Positions 49,213-59,259 of a stretch of 64,000 bases of DNA are shown piece after piece. The position numbers and the translations under genes are program-made. The DNA is from a virus (Duplodnaviria; Caudoviricetes), in the IMG/VR virus record IMGVR_UViG_3300031555_004710, positions 96,001 through 160,000 of that record; one strand, given 5' to 3'. Below the pieces are notes generated by a model. That model did not search any database and was not told where the DNA came from. It saw only the letters and a list, made by a program, of their open reading frames with translations. How positions within the stretch are numbered: position 1 is the stretch's first letter; each line of letters begins with the position of its first letter.

Positions 49213-50378
49213 AATATAAATTTATTGTATTAGCAGACCTTCATTGGGGAGCTATGGATAGTTATAAAATGTATAATAATCTACAGTTGGTATTAGAGTT
49301 TATTCGGCAAATGAAAGATTCTTTAGATTTCATTATCATTGCTGGAGACTATTTCGACTATAGGTTACAACTTAATTCAAAGACTGCACTTGCGGCAGTT
49401 CAATGGTTTGACGAATTAGTTAATACATGTAGGGAATCTAACATTAAAAAGATTAGGATGTTTAAAGGTACTAGAGAGCATGATAATGATCAGTTGGAAA
49501 TATTTCGTCCACCATACGAATTAGATGATGGATATTTTAAAATATTTAATACTACTGAGAGTGAGGAATTGCTTCCAGGCTTAAGATGTATATATTGCCC
49601 AGATGAAAATATGAATTTATCGGAATATCATCAGGTATATTATAGTAAATTCATCCCTCATCCAAATATCGGATTCTTTCATGGTAATTTTGATACAATC
49701 CTTCCAGATATTGAATTTAATAGAATTCAAGAGCATAACTTAGCTACAATGATTTATGAATATGATAAGTTTTCTAAGCTTATTAAAGGACCTATGATAT
49801 CTGGTCATTGGCATGTTAAAAATGAGCATAAATCTTTATATTACGTAGGAAGCTATGATAGATGGAAATTTAACGAAGAAGAAGATAAGGGATTCATCTA
49901 TGGTGAAATAGATACCGATACAAATGAATATTTTATTCATCGAGTAAATAATCCTTTAGCAACTCAGTATAAAACTATAATAGTTAGCTCAGATGAATAT
50001 TCTACACCTGAGCAGTTTGCATCATTATCAAATATGATAAATGATTATTTAAAGGATGATTCTGAGATAAAACTCAGAGTGTCATATTTATTAAGCTCTA
50101 ATAACGATGAAGCCTTAGTAAATTACAATATATTTCAACGACAGTATAGTACATGTAAGCAAGTTAAAATTGAGATAAAAGATTTGGTTAAACGTGAAGC
50201 TAAGAAAGTTAAGAAAAAACAAGTTGAAATAGAAGCTTCTAAATATCAGTATATATTTGATTCTGATTTAAAAAATATACCTAATATCGTACATCAATTT
50301 ATTCTTGATAATAAATCTGTCGATATACCCACTGCAACGATAGCAAAGTATATCAATAAATATTTAGAGAATAAGTAG
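49194..50378 (+). CDS. sbcD: SbcD/Mre11-like metallophosphoesterase nuclease
   Basis: ADLHWG, AGDYFD, GTREHD, FFHG, SGHWH, YVGS. Confidence 0.85.
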   Translation: MEGQELKYKFIVLADLHWGAMDSYKMYNNLQLVLEFIRQMKDSLDFIIIAGDYFDYRLQLNSKTALAAVQWFDELVNTCRESNIKKIRMFKGTREHDNDQLEIFRPPYELDDGYFKIFNTTESEELLPGLRCIYCPDENMNLSEYHQVYYSKFIPHPNIGFFHGNFDTILPDIEFNRIQEHNLATMIYEYDKFSKLIKGPMISGHWHVKNEHKSLYYVGSYDRWKFNEEEDKGFIYGEIDTDTNEYFIHRVNNPLATQYKTIIVSSDEYSTPEQFASLSNMINDYLKDDSEIKLRVSYLLSSNNDEALVNYNIFQRQYSTCKQVKIEIKDLVKREAKKVKKKQVEIEASKYQYIFDSDLKNIPNIVHQFILDNKSVDIPTATIAKYINKYLENK

Positions 50379-50499
50379 AATATTTAAACACATATATCTA
50401 AGAACTTTTTAGAAATTTTCCAAACTAAAAGTTCTTAGATATATTTTTTATATGTACTATAACTATAATTACGTTTACGTTTTATAATTTAGGAATGAG

Positions 50500-51090
50500 G
50501 TGAAAAATATGGACCCAAATAGAGAACAACGACTTCTTGAAATCTTAGCAGATGACCCATCTATGATTTTAATCTTTAAATACAAACACACTACTGATAA
50601 TATGTGGAAAATCTGCATTGAGAATGAACCATCATTATTTCAGTTTATGAAAACTCCTTCTGAAGAGATGATACTATTTGCATTATCTGAGGATGGCGCA
50701 AATATAAAGTATCTCAAGGAGATGGGTATTTCGTTAACTCCAAGAATGATATATACTGCAGTTAAAAGCTATCCAGGAGCAATATATATGATTCCTGCTG
50801 AATTACGAACTACTAAATTGAGAGAATATGCCTGCAATGAAGACCCATCATTAATGAAAGAGCTTCCATTAAAGAGAGAATATGTAGAAAAGAAATTAAA
50901 AGAAGATCCTGCACTTGTTAGATTTTTAAAGAATCCTACAGAAGATCAGTTATGCAAAGCAATTGCTGCAGATCCAAATATATGTGCATATGTTGATAAG
51001 TTTACACCTAAAGTAAAGCAATTAATAAAGGAACTTTATCCAGAAATTATTCCTCTTATACCAAGGCTTTCTGAGCAATTTACAGAATAA
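50500..51090 (+). CDS. Helical repeat protein (DUF4116-like)
   Basis: Repeats of QFMKTPSEEMILFALSEDG / RFLKNPTEDQLCKAIAADP. Confidence 0.6.
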   Translation: MKNMDPNREQRLLEILADDPSMILIFKYKHTTDNMWKICIENEPSLFQFMKTPSEEMILFALSEDGANIKYLKEMGISLTPRMIYTAVKSYPGAIYMIPAELRTTKLREYACNEDPSLMKELPLKREYVEKKLKEDPALVRFLKNPTEDQLCKAIAADPNICAYVDKFTPKVKQLIKELYPEIIPLIPRLSEQFTE

Positions 51091-51143
51091 AATTTAGGCT
51101 AACATCGACATAACAGAAATCAAAAGGGGAGTGAAAAATCCAC

Positions 51144-52826
51144 ATGAGTAAAGTGGTTACTAGAAAAAGTTCCTCTCAACAAACTTCTGGAAAAATAAAA
51201 TTTAACTTTGACGTGCAGATGTTAAATGCACTTATTCAATATACTCAATGTGAATACATTGCACGTTCTGATTTATATAATCTAGAAAAGTTATTAAGAT
51301 ATAGTGATGCTGAATTATATCGCCATGAAGTTCCAATCTATCTTAGATTATGCACGATTCAATCTATTCTAAGTTCAATGATTGGAAAAGGTTTAACGAA
51401 TTTAGATTTAATTAGAAGTCAGTTGAGACAGGATTTTGAACCTGGTATCGAAATTATTGATGATATCGGGTTTATGAAAAATAAACTTAATATCTCAGAA
51501 TGCGAATACATAAATAAGTTCGTTAATGAGAAACTTCAATATATTGAAATTTATCAAAAGAAAGATAAACTAATCAATCTTTTAAGAAAGATTGATGATA
51601 CAGCAGATTATAACGTATCATATTTTGAGACGATACAAGAAATAAAATCGACCGTTAGTGAGCTAATGGTATCTATTCAGGATAATGATCAAAATCAAGG
51701 TCTGCTTAGAGAATTTTCATTCTCAAATACAGATGCAGCAAATATATTGTCAAATATTGTTAATAAGGCAAAACAACCTGCTGCTATTTTACAAACTGGA
51801 ATTAGGCAGTTAAATGCAATATTATCTCCAGGATTTCAGTCTGGTAGACTATATACTATAGTAGGCGGTTCAGGAAAATTTAAATCTGGTACTTTATTAA
51901 ATATAACTGACCAAGTTAGAAGATATAATCCTCAAATTATACCATATGAAAATGGTATGAGAAAATGTATATTATTTATAACATTGGAAAATTCGATTGA
52001 AGAAACTGTTGAAAGACTTTATGATATGTATTCTGGTATGGATTCTGATTTAAGAAATATGTCTATTGAGCAAGTTCTAGAAACTTTAAGAGATGATGGT
52101 GGATTAGATTTTCGTAACGGTGGTGGAATTGATATCTGCTTTAAATATGCTGGAAATTTGGAAATATCGACAGCCGATATTTATGGAATGATATCAGATT
52201 TAAATAATAAGGGGTTAACCCCTATATGTATAGTATTGGACTATATTAAACGAATAGATTCCGCACATAATTCAAATGGCGACGAACGTGTAAGAATGTC
52301 ATTTGTTGCGAAGGAGTTAAAAACTATAGCTCAATATTATCAGATTCCTGTAATTACTGCAATGCAATTGAATCGTGAAGGTAACTCTATTATAGATTCT
52401 GCAATGCGTGAAAGTAAGCAAGACGTTGCTAGGTTTGTAGGTTCTAGTTCAATAGGTAATGCTTGGGATATTATTGAAGATTCTGACTGGGTATGCTTAA
52501 TAAACTTAGAATTACAAAAATCAACTCAGCGACTATTCTTAACTTTTAAACGTTTGAAGATTCGTGGTAAGAAAATACCGATGGCAAGTGATTATTTCAA
52601 TCATCCGTTTACAAATGCGAAAAATATTCGATTAGAACCAGATGTTGATAAAGAGGGGACATTGAGTATTATGTCTTTAGCAAATGATTTGGAATCAATT
52701 GATGAAGAGGCTGAAAATAAGAAAAATAATTTAACTAATCTTCAGCAAAAGAATAGAGAAAAGAAAAGTTCTGATTCAATATTAAATTCATTAAAAGGTA
52801 CACTTCCTAATGGATTAATGTCATAA
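51144..52826 (+). CDS. dnaB: DnaB-like replicative helicase
   Basis: QTGIRQLN, Walker A GGSGKFKS, ITLEN, LDYI, ITAMQLNR; AACA-N6-TA at 51101. Confidence 0.9.
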   Translation: MSKVVTRKSSSQQTSGKIKFNFDVQMLNALIQYTQCEYIARSDLYNLEKLLRYSDAELYRHEVPIYLRLCTIQSILSSMIGKGLTNLDLIRSQLRQDFEPGIEIIDDIGFMKNKLNISECEYINKFVNEKLQYIEIYQKKDKLINLLRKIDDTADYNVSYFETIQEIKSTVSELMVSIQDNDQNQGLLREFSFSNTDAANILSNIVNKAKQPAAILQTGIRQLNAILSPGFQSGRLYTIVGGSGKFKSGTLLNITDQVRRYNPQIIPYENGMRKCILFITLENSIEETVERLYDMYSGMDSDLRNMSIEQVLETLRDDGGLDFRNGGGIDICFKYAGNLEISTADIYGMISDLNNKGLTPICIVLDYIKRIDSAHNSNGDERVRMSFVAKELKTIAQYYQIPVITAMQLNREGNSIIDSAMRESKQDVARFVGSSSIGNAWDIIEDSDWVCLINLELQKSTQRLFLTFKRLKIRGKKIPMASDYFNHPFTNAKNIRLEPDVDKEGTLSIMSLANDLESIDEEAENKKNNLTNLQQKNREKKSSDSILNSLKGTLPNGLMS

Positions 52827-52860
52827 AAATATAGACGTGTTTAATAAACACGTCTATATT

Positions 52861-53310
52861 TTATTTAATTAAATCAGATGATATTTCTTCTTCATTATAA
52901 TTTTTAGTTTCATTCTCCAAATTTAAAATTCTTACCAATTTATCAACCACATCTACTCTGAAAAGATAAATTGTCCTAGAATTAAATTCTGTGATAGTAT
53001 GAAGTTCATTTGCTTCCAATATTAAGAACCAAAGCTCCGTTGTACCATAAATATCATATGAGAGAACTTTAGGATTAAATTTATATTTTGAATATTCTTC
53101 ATTTGATAATGAAATCTTAATTTTAATATCTTTTAATTCTGGCATATATTTAATAACCAGATTTTCAAAATTTAAGAGCATTTTGCTATCATTGACTGTA
53201 AATACTTGCTTTAAAAAGAAGGAAGATACGTTAAAATCTTCGTTTCTAAATTGTGCAACATAATCTTTTATGGTTGGTTCTTTTCCCATACTCATAGTCG
53301 AATTGGCCAT
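52861..53310 (-). CDS. Baseplate wedge protein (T4 gp53/LysM-like)
   Basis: YKFNPKVLSYDIYGTTELWFLILEAN. Confidence 0.7.
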   Translation of the reverse strand: MANSTMSMGKEPTIKDYVAQFRNEDFNVSSFFLKQVFTVNDSKMLLNFENLVIKYMPELKDIKIKISLSNEEYSKYKFNPKVLSYDIYGTTELWFLILEANELHTITEFNSRTIYLFRVDVVDKLVRILNLENETKNYNEEEISSDLIK

Positions 53311-53335
53311 ATGAATTCACCTTCTTTCATATAAT

Positions 53336-53692
53336 CTAATAAGTTATAGAATTATCTTCATCTTCTGGAGATAATTTACAAATGAGTCCATCCTCAGTTT
53401 TTACTTGTATCTTTAGTGAGCTACCATAACCGTAGCGAGGATATTTGTACGAGTTGTATGATGCTTTAGCAGTAATAAAATTTTGAGTTGATATTTTTGA
53501 AGCGACTGCTGGTTTACAATCATTTGCATTTATATAGCAAGACTTATTTAAAGATACTGGAGTTGATTTTGGGAGACCCATTGATATTTTGGACATTAAT
53601 GAAGGAACATATACTTTTAAATCCCCATTAGAAGAACCATAGGGGGATGATTGAATATACTTTGCAGATAATAATTCATTCACTTTATACAA
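53336..53692 (-). CDS. Probable baseplate hub/spike OB-fold protein
   Basis: LKVYVPSLM motif, upstream of the gp53-like gene; GACA-N6-TA at 53736-53747. Confidence 0.4.
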   Translation of the reverse strand: MYKVNELLSAKYIQSSPYGSSNGDLKVYVPSLMSKISMGLPKSTPVSLNKSCYINANDCKPAVASKISTQNFITAKASYNSYKYPRYGYGSSLKIQVKTEDGLICKLSPEDEDNSITY

Positions 53693-53775
53693 TATTATCG
53701 ACTCCTTTTTATAACACTATAAAATTGAATAATCTTAAATACTTGTCAAATAATTTATTAATGTAAAAAATTAAG

Positions 53776-54981
53776 GTGGTGAGTAATATGAAATTAGAAC
53801 CTACAGAAAGTCAAGCTATATTATTGGATAAAGTAAAAGTGTGGTTTAATAATTGGGAAAAAGGACTTAAAATTGGAGACCATCCGCAATGGTTCTCATA
53901 CTCTGGGGCAGCTGGCGTTGGTAAAGGTGTTGCTGCTAGAATGATAGTTGACATGTTAGGTCTCGGAAGACACAGTTACATTGCTTGTGCATATGTTGGA
54001 AAAGCTGTACTTCAATTATCTAAAAATGGAATGAATGCAAAAACGATTCATTCATTAATATATGATGCAAAACCAATAATAGATGAAGATGATAATAATT
54101 CAAGAATTTTAAAATATGTATTCGTTTTAAAAGAACGATTAGATGAAGATTATCGTCTAATTTTTGTTGATGAAGCTGCAATGGTAAATGATAAAATGAG
54201 AGATGAACTACTCTCATTTGGTGTACCTATAATATTTATGGGTGATATGAATCAATTACCGCCAGTATTTGGTGATTCTACAATACTTGCAAAACCTGAT
54301 CATATTCTTACTCAAATAATGAGACAGAAAGAAAATGACCCAATAGTTCAATTGTCACAAATGGTATTAAAAGGAATACCAATATTAGAAGGTGATTATG
54401 GTAAATCGAGAGTTGTTAGGGAACTTGAATTGGATAAAGGATTGATTACAGATTATGACCAGATTTTATGTAATACAAATCTTTATCGCTCAAAAATAAA
54501 TGAATATATTCGAGAAGTTATTAAAAAGTATCCAAAGTCCAGACCTGTTATAGGAGATAAGATAGTATGTTGTCAAAATAATTGGCATCTTACAGTAGAT
54601 GGATATCCTCTAACTAATGGGATGATAGGATATATTGCAGATATATCACGTCAATTTGTGCATCGCGGATATTATACAATAGATTTCGAACCAGATTTTC
54701 TTGATTCTGACCGACAATTTAGAAATCTTAAAATGGATGCACGATATATTAATGCATCTTATACTGACCAAAAGAATAGTGGTCGAATAATGAATGAAAA
54801 ATTTGAATATGGATATGCTATTACAGTATATAAATCTCAGGGTTCTGAGTTTGATAGAGTTTTATATTTTGATTCTAAATTTAGAACTCCAGAACTCACA
54901 AAGAAGAGTAGATATACTGCTATAACTAGAGCAAAAGAGAGCATTACAATTGTAATGAATCGCGAATCTTCATATATGTAA
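53776..54981 (+). CDS. Dda/RecD-like SF1B helicase
   Basis: GAAGVGK, AYVGKA, TIHSLIY, VDEAAMV, GDMNQLPPV, MRQ, YAITVYKSQGSE, YTAITRA. Confidence 0.9.
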   Translation: MVSNMKLEPTESQAILLDKVKVWFNNWEKGLKIGDHPQWFSYSGAAGVGKGVAARMIVDMLGLGRHSYIACAYVGKAVLQLSKNGMNAKTIHSLIYDAKPIIDEDDNNSRILKYVFVLKERLDEDYRLIFVDEAAMVNDKMRDELLSFGVPIIFMGDMNQLPPVFGDSTILAKPDHILTQIMRQKENDPIVQLSQMVLKGIPILEGDYGKSRVVRELELDKGLITDYDQILCNTNLYRSKINEYIREVIKKYPKSRPVIGDKIVCCQNNWHLTVDGYPLTNGMIGYIADISRQFVHRGYYTIDFEPDFLDSDRQFRNLKMDARYINASYTDQKNSGRIMNEKFEYGYAITVYKSQGSEFDRVLYFDSKFRTPELTKKSRYTAITRAKESITIVMNRESSYM

Positions 54982-54995
54982 TTAAAATGAGGTGA

Positions 54996-55490
54996 TTGAT
55001 AATGAAAATATATACCGATGGTTCATTTAATCGAAAACTATCTAAAGACAGTACAGCTTACGCTGCTGTAATAGTTACTGATGAAAATGAATCTGAATAT
55101 ATTGTAGATATTGTCTATGGTGTTATAACTGACCCAAATTATACTGGTATGTGGAATGTTGGTGGAGAAATTTGGGCAGTATTAGCTGGATTAGATTATG
55201 CTATCAATAAGTATAATCCAAAAGACATTTCCATTTACTATGATTATATTGGTCTTGGTAAATGGGTTAATGGGGAATGGAAAACTAAAAATCCAACAAC
55301 TGAAAGTTATTCTAGGTACATTAAAAATAAAATGTGTGAGCATGAGTTATCGTTTAATAAGGTAATAGGACATTCAAATGTTCTTTTAAATGAGCTTGCT
55401 GATAAATATGCGAACTATGGCACTACGACTTATTTAGAGAGTGGAAAAGTTTCAACTCTTATAACTGGATTACGAGTTCCTCGTAAGTAA
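54996..55490 (+). CDS. rnhA: Ribonuclease HI
   Basis: YTDGS, NVGGE, YDYIG, KVIGHS, NELAD. Confidence 0.9.
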   Translation: MIMKIYTDGSFNRKLSKDSTAYAAVIVTDENESEYIVDIVYGVITDPNYTGMWNVGGEIWAVLAGLDYAINKYNPKDISIYYDYIGLGKWVNGEWKTKNPTTESYSRYIKNKMCEHELSFNKVIGHSNVLLNELADKYANYGTTTYLESGKVSTLITGLRVPRK

Positions 55491-55653
55491 TAAAATCTAT
55501 AATTGAGATAATTTGAATTGGAAAGTATAAATTCAAATTATCTCAATTTATTTTTCGATATATAAATGAATTTCCTTAGTATTTTTTAGGATAGTAGGAT
55601 TAACATTTTTTTAATCTTAAGAAATAGAATAGAAAAAAGAGAGGAAGGTAATT

Positions 55654-57846
55654 ATGAAAATAATTAAACGTGATGGAACTGAAGCAATTTTTGATAAGAA
55701 TAAAATAGAAATTGCTATCAGTAAAGCAAATTTAAGTGTAAATAAATCCGACAGATTAAGTATTGATACTATAAAATATATTGCAGATGAGATAGAAACT
55801 AAGTGTGAATCTTTAGGTAGAGCACCATCTGTTGAAGAAGTTCAAGACATGGTAGAAAAAGAACTACTACGCTTTGATAAATATGAACTTAGTAAAAATT
55901 ATATTACTTATAGATATCAGCGAGCAATGACACGCTCATCTAATGCTACGGATGAAAGGATCTTATCATTAGTTAATCAATGTAATGAAGATATTAAACA
56001 AGAAAATTCAAATAAAAATCCTACAATTATTTCTACTCAAAGAGATTATATAGCTGGAGAAACTTCCAAAGATATTTCTGATAGATTATTACTCCCTGAA
56101 GATGTAGTGGAAGCTGATAGAGAAGGTATTTTCCATTTCCATGATAAAGACTATTTTATTTGTAGGGAATATAATTGTTGTCTAATAAATTTGGAAGACA
56201 TGCTACAAAATGGTACTGTTATAAGTGAAACAAAAATAGAAAAACCTCATAGTTTTGCTACGGCATGTAATATTGCAACTCAGATTATAGCACAGGTTGC
56301 TTCTAGCCAATATGGTGGTCAGAGCGTTTCTCTTACTCACTTAGCCCCATTCGTAGATATTAGTCGTCAAAAAATTAGAAAGATTGTAGAAGAAGAGCAA
56401 AGAATTGCACATAATACTGTATATGGTGGAGAATTAGTAGATTTTTCAGATAGTATGAAAGCTGCTATAGATAATATTGTAGAAAAACGAGTACGCGAGG
56501 AAGTTAAAAAAGGTGTACAAACTATACAATATCAAATATTGACACTTCTTACATCAAATGGTCAAACACCATTTGTTACCGAATTCATGTACTTAGGGGA
56601 AACTGATGATCCACAGGTAAAGGAAGATTTGGCGTTAATTATAGAAGAAACTCTTAATCAAAGAATGCAAGGAGTAATGAATGAAAAAGGTGTTTGGATA
56701 ACTCCTGCATTTCCTAAAATAATTTATGTATTAGAAGAAGATAATATACACCCAGATAGTAAATACTATTATTTGACAGAGTTAGCTGCTAGGTGTACTG
56801 CTAAACGAATGGTTCCTGATTATGTTTCTGAAAAGAAAATGAAAGAATATAAAGAAGGAAACTGTTTCCCTCCTATGGGTTGTAGAAGCATGTTATCTCC
56901 TTGGAAAGATGATAATGGTAATTATAAATTCTATGGCCGTTGTAATCAAGGCGTTGTTACGATTAATCTAGTTGATGTAGCATTATCATCCAATAAAGAT
57001 TTTGATAGTTTTTGGAAAATATTTGATGAGCGACTCGATTTATGTTATAAAGCATTAATGTGTCGTCATAATAGATTAAAAGGTACAGTTTCAGATGTTG
57101 CTCCAATTTTATGGAGACATGGTGCAATTGCAAGATTGGATAAAGGTGAGAAAATAGATAAACTTCTATATGGAGGATATTCTACAATCTCTCTAGGTTA
57201 TGCTGGATTATACGAATGCGTTAAATACATGACTGGAAAATCTCACACTGATTCGGATGCGACCCCTTTTGCCTTAGAAGTAATGCAGTATATGAATGAC
57301 AAATGTGATAAGTGGAAAAAAGAAACTAATATTGGATTTGCAATTTATGGAACTCCAATAGAATCCACAACTTATAAATTTGCAAAATGTTTACAAAGAA
57401 GATTCGGTATTATACCAGGAATAACAGATAAGAATTATATTACAAATAGTTATCATATCGACGTTAGAGAAAATATAGATGCTTTTAGTAAGCTAGAATT
57501 TGAATCTAAATTCCAACATCTTTCTACAGGAGGAGCAATTAGTTATGTGGAAGTACCTAATATGCAAAATAATATTCCTGCTGTATTGGAAGTAATGAAA
57601 TTTATATACGAAAATATAATGTATGCAGAATTAAATACTAAATCTGACTATTGTCATGAATGTGGATATGATGGAGAAATCCAAATAGTTGAAGAAGATG
57701 GAAAGCTTATCTGGGAATGCCCAAATTGTAATAATAGAGATCAAGAAAAAATGAATGTTGCTCGTCGTACTTGTGGTTATATTGGTTCTCAATTTTGGAA
57801 TCAGGGTAGAACTCAAGAAATTAAAGATAGAGTATTACATTTATAG
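55654..57846 (+). CDS. nrdD: Anaerobic ribonucleoside-triphosphate reductase
   Basis: ATP cone (IIKRDG), HFHDKDY..NCCL, PPMGCRS, CHEC..CPNC, glycyl-radical RRTCGYI. Confidence 0.97.
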   Translation: MKIIKRDGTEAIFDKNKIEIAISKANLSVNKSDRLSIDTIKYIADEIETKCESLGRAPSVEEVQDMVEKELLRFDKYELSKNYITYRYQRAMTRSSNATDERILSLVNQCNEDIKQENSNKNPTIISTQRDYIAGETSKDISDRLLLPEDVVEADREGIFHFHDKDYFICREYNCCLINLEDMLQNGTVISETKIEKPHSFATACNIATQIIAQVASSQYGGQSVSLTHLAPFVDISRQKIRKIVEEEQRIAHNTVYGGELVDFSDSMKAAIDNIVEKRVREEVKKGVQTIQYQILTLLTSNGQTPFVTEFMYLGETDDPQVKEDLALIIEETLNQRMQGVMNEKGVWITPAFPKIIYVLEEDNIHPDSKYYYLTELAARCTAKRMVPDYVSEKKMKEYKEGNCFPPMGCRSMLSPWKDDNGNYKFYGRCNQGVVTINLVDVALSSNKDFDSFWKIFDERLDLCYKALMCRHNRLKGTVSDVAPILWRHGAIARLDKGEKIDKLLYGGYSTISLGYAGLYECVKYMTGKSHTDSDATPFALEVMQYMNDKCDKWKKETNIGFAIYGTPIESTTYKFAKCLQRRFGIIPGITDKNYITNSYHIDVRENIDAFSKLEFESKFQHLSTGGAISYVEVPNMQNNIPAVLEVMKFIYENIMYAELNTKSDYCHECGYDGEIQIVEEDGKLIWECPNCNNRDQEKMNVARRTCGYIGSQFWNQGRTQEIKDRVLHL

Positions 57847-57858
57847 GAGATTGATATT

Positions 57859-58416
57859 ATGTATTATGGAGCAATTAAAAAATATGATATTGCAAATGGT
57901 CCAGGTGTAAGAGTGTCTCTATTCGTATCTGGATGTGAGCATTATTGCAAAGGATGTTTTAATTCTGAAGCTTGGGATTTTTCATATGGAAATGAATTTA
58001 ATTATAAAACTCGTGATGAATTATTTACAGCTTTAAATGCTAAATATATCAGAGGTTTGACAATTCTTGGTGGAGAACCTATGCATCCACAAAATCAATT
58101 ACAGATTTTAGATATACTTAAAGATTTTAAATTTATATATGATGAATCAGATAAAGATTTATGGATATATACTGGTTATCTATACGAAGATTTGGTTTCT
58201 AATAAAATTGGTAAATATTCAGAAGAAATTCTTAAGTATACTGATGTACTTGTAGATGGTCCTTTTATACAGGACTTAAAAGATATTGGACTAAACTTTA
58301 GAGGTTCTAGGAATCAAAGAATTATAGATGTTCAGAAATCTATTTCAAGTGGAGAGGTTATTCTACATCCATTAGGTATTGGTGATTCTGATAAATACAT
58401 TAAAAAGGAGAAATGA
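57859..58416 (+). CDS. nrdG: Anaerobic RNR activating radical-SAM protein
   Basis: NGPGVRVSLFVSGCEHYCKGCFN, LGGEP, VDGPF, RGSRNQR. Confidence 0.97.
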   Translation: MYYGAIKKYDIANGPGVRVSLFVSGCEHYCKGCFNSEAWDFSYGNEFNYKTRDELFTALNAKYIRGLTILGGEPMHPQNQLQILDILKDFKFIYDESDKDLWIYTGYLYEDLVSNKIGKYSEEILKYTDVLVDGPFIQDLKDIGLNFRGSRNQRIIDVQKSISSGEVILHPLGIGDSDKYIKKEK

Positions 58417-58417
58417 T

Positions 58418-58870
58418 ATGAATTTATGTGAGTTATATAAAGATACCCAGATTACAGTACGAGCTACACATACAGGTCACATTTATCATGGTCCTATAAA
58501 GACTATCTATAGAGTATTTCACGATATTCCAATTCAAGTATTTTATAATGGAGAATGGAATTCTGCAAGAATTATAGGAATACCTAATGAGAGAAGGATT
58601 GTAAAAATCAATAATAGTCTAATGTGTTCATTTGATTTACCATTGGTAAAAGATGATTCAATAGTTATAGTAAAGGATTTGAGTGGTAGTACTGTTGATG
58701 GAAATATGATTTCTGAAAAGTATATTTCTCATTTCACTGATGGAAAAATAAAAATAGATTCAATAGAAATTACCGATATTCATAGTGAATGGCTATTTGG
58801 AGTTGAATTTATTGATTCTAAAAATAAGTTCTATACTTTAAGTAATGGATTCATTATTTCGGCAAAATAA
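58418..58870 (+). CDS. Stand-alone degenerate Hint (intein-like) domain protein
   Basis: CELYKDTQITV (block A-like), FYNGEW, IKIDSIE..EWLFGVEF (block F-like), FYTLSNGFIISAK (block G-like without HN); own RBS aaggag. Confidence 0.65.
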   Translation: MNLCELYKDTQITVRATHTGHIYHGPIKTIYRVFHDIPIQVFYNGEWNSARIIGIPNERRIVKINNSLMCSFDLPLVKDDSIVIVKDLSGSTVDGNMISEKYISHFTDGKIKIDSIEITDIHSEWLFGVEFIDSKNKFYTLSNGFIISAK

Positions 58871-58871
58871 A

Positions 58872-58912
58872 TTAAATAAGAGTATGAATAAAATTCATAC
58901 TCTTATTTAATT
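58872..58912. terminator. Bidirectional terminator
   Basis: ttaaataagagtatgaat-aaa-attcatactcttatttaa. Confidence 0.8.
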
Positions 58913-58917
58913 TTTAA

Positions 58918-59136
58918 TTATTCTTCGATGGTTTCGTCGTTATCTTCAACAACTTCTTCCTCTTCTTCATCTTCGATAGTTTCTTCAACTTCAGCAGAAG
59001 AATCAATATCTTCTATAGGTGCACCATCTTTTGTGAATACATTTGTAGCAGGTGTGTAAGGATACATACCTCTAGTAGATGCTGCTGCTTTTTTAGCGTT
59101 TTCAATAGCTTCTAACATTCTAGGATGCTTTGCCAT
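58918..59136 (-). CDS. Small protein with very acidic tail
   Basis: 72 aa; EEEEEVVEDNDETIEE; RBS gaggg. Confidence 0.7.
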   Translation of the reverse strand: MAKHPRMLEAIENAKKAAASTRGMYPYTPATNVFTKDGAPIEDIDSSAEVEETIEDEEEEEVVEDNDETIEE

Positions 59137-59259
59137 ATTTCAACCCTCATTTCATACATTATATATTTTATTTTATAATCACTTATTAAATAATTAGTTC
59201 TAAAATGCATCTACCGATTAACATTTTTATAATAATTTATAGAAGGATGGTGATTTTAT

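Noticed and set aside
16846-57816. Other nested or antisense track ORFs (16846, 18367, 20333, 21200, 22120, 27313, 30167, 30766, 32732, 35870, 38122, 39703, 41472, 41866, 42131, 42929, 42987, 54020, 57631; also 2963)
   Set aside because: Shadows of, or alternative frames within, well-supported genes.
55654-57846. Intein or intron inside nrdD (also checked gyrA, gyrB, dnaB, ligA)
   Set aside because: Lengths and motif spacing are contiguous, with no Hint or LAGLIDADG insertion.
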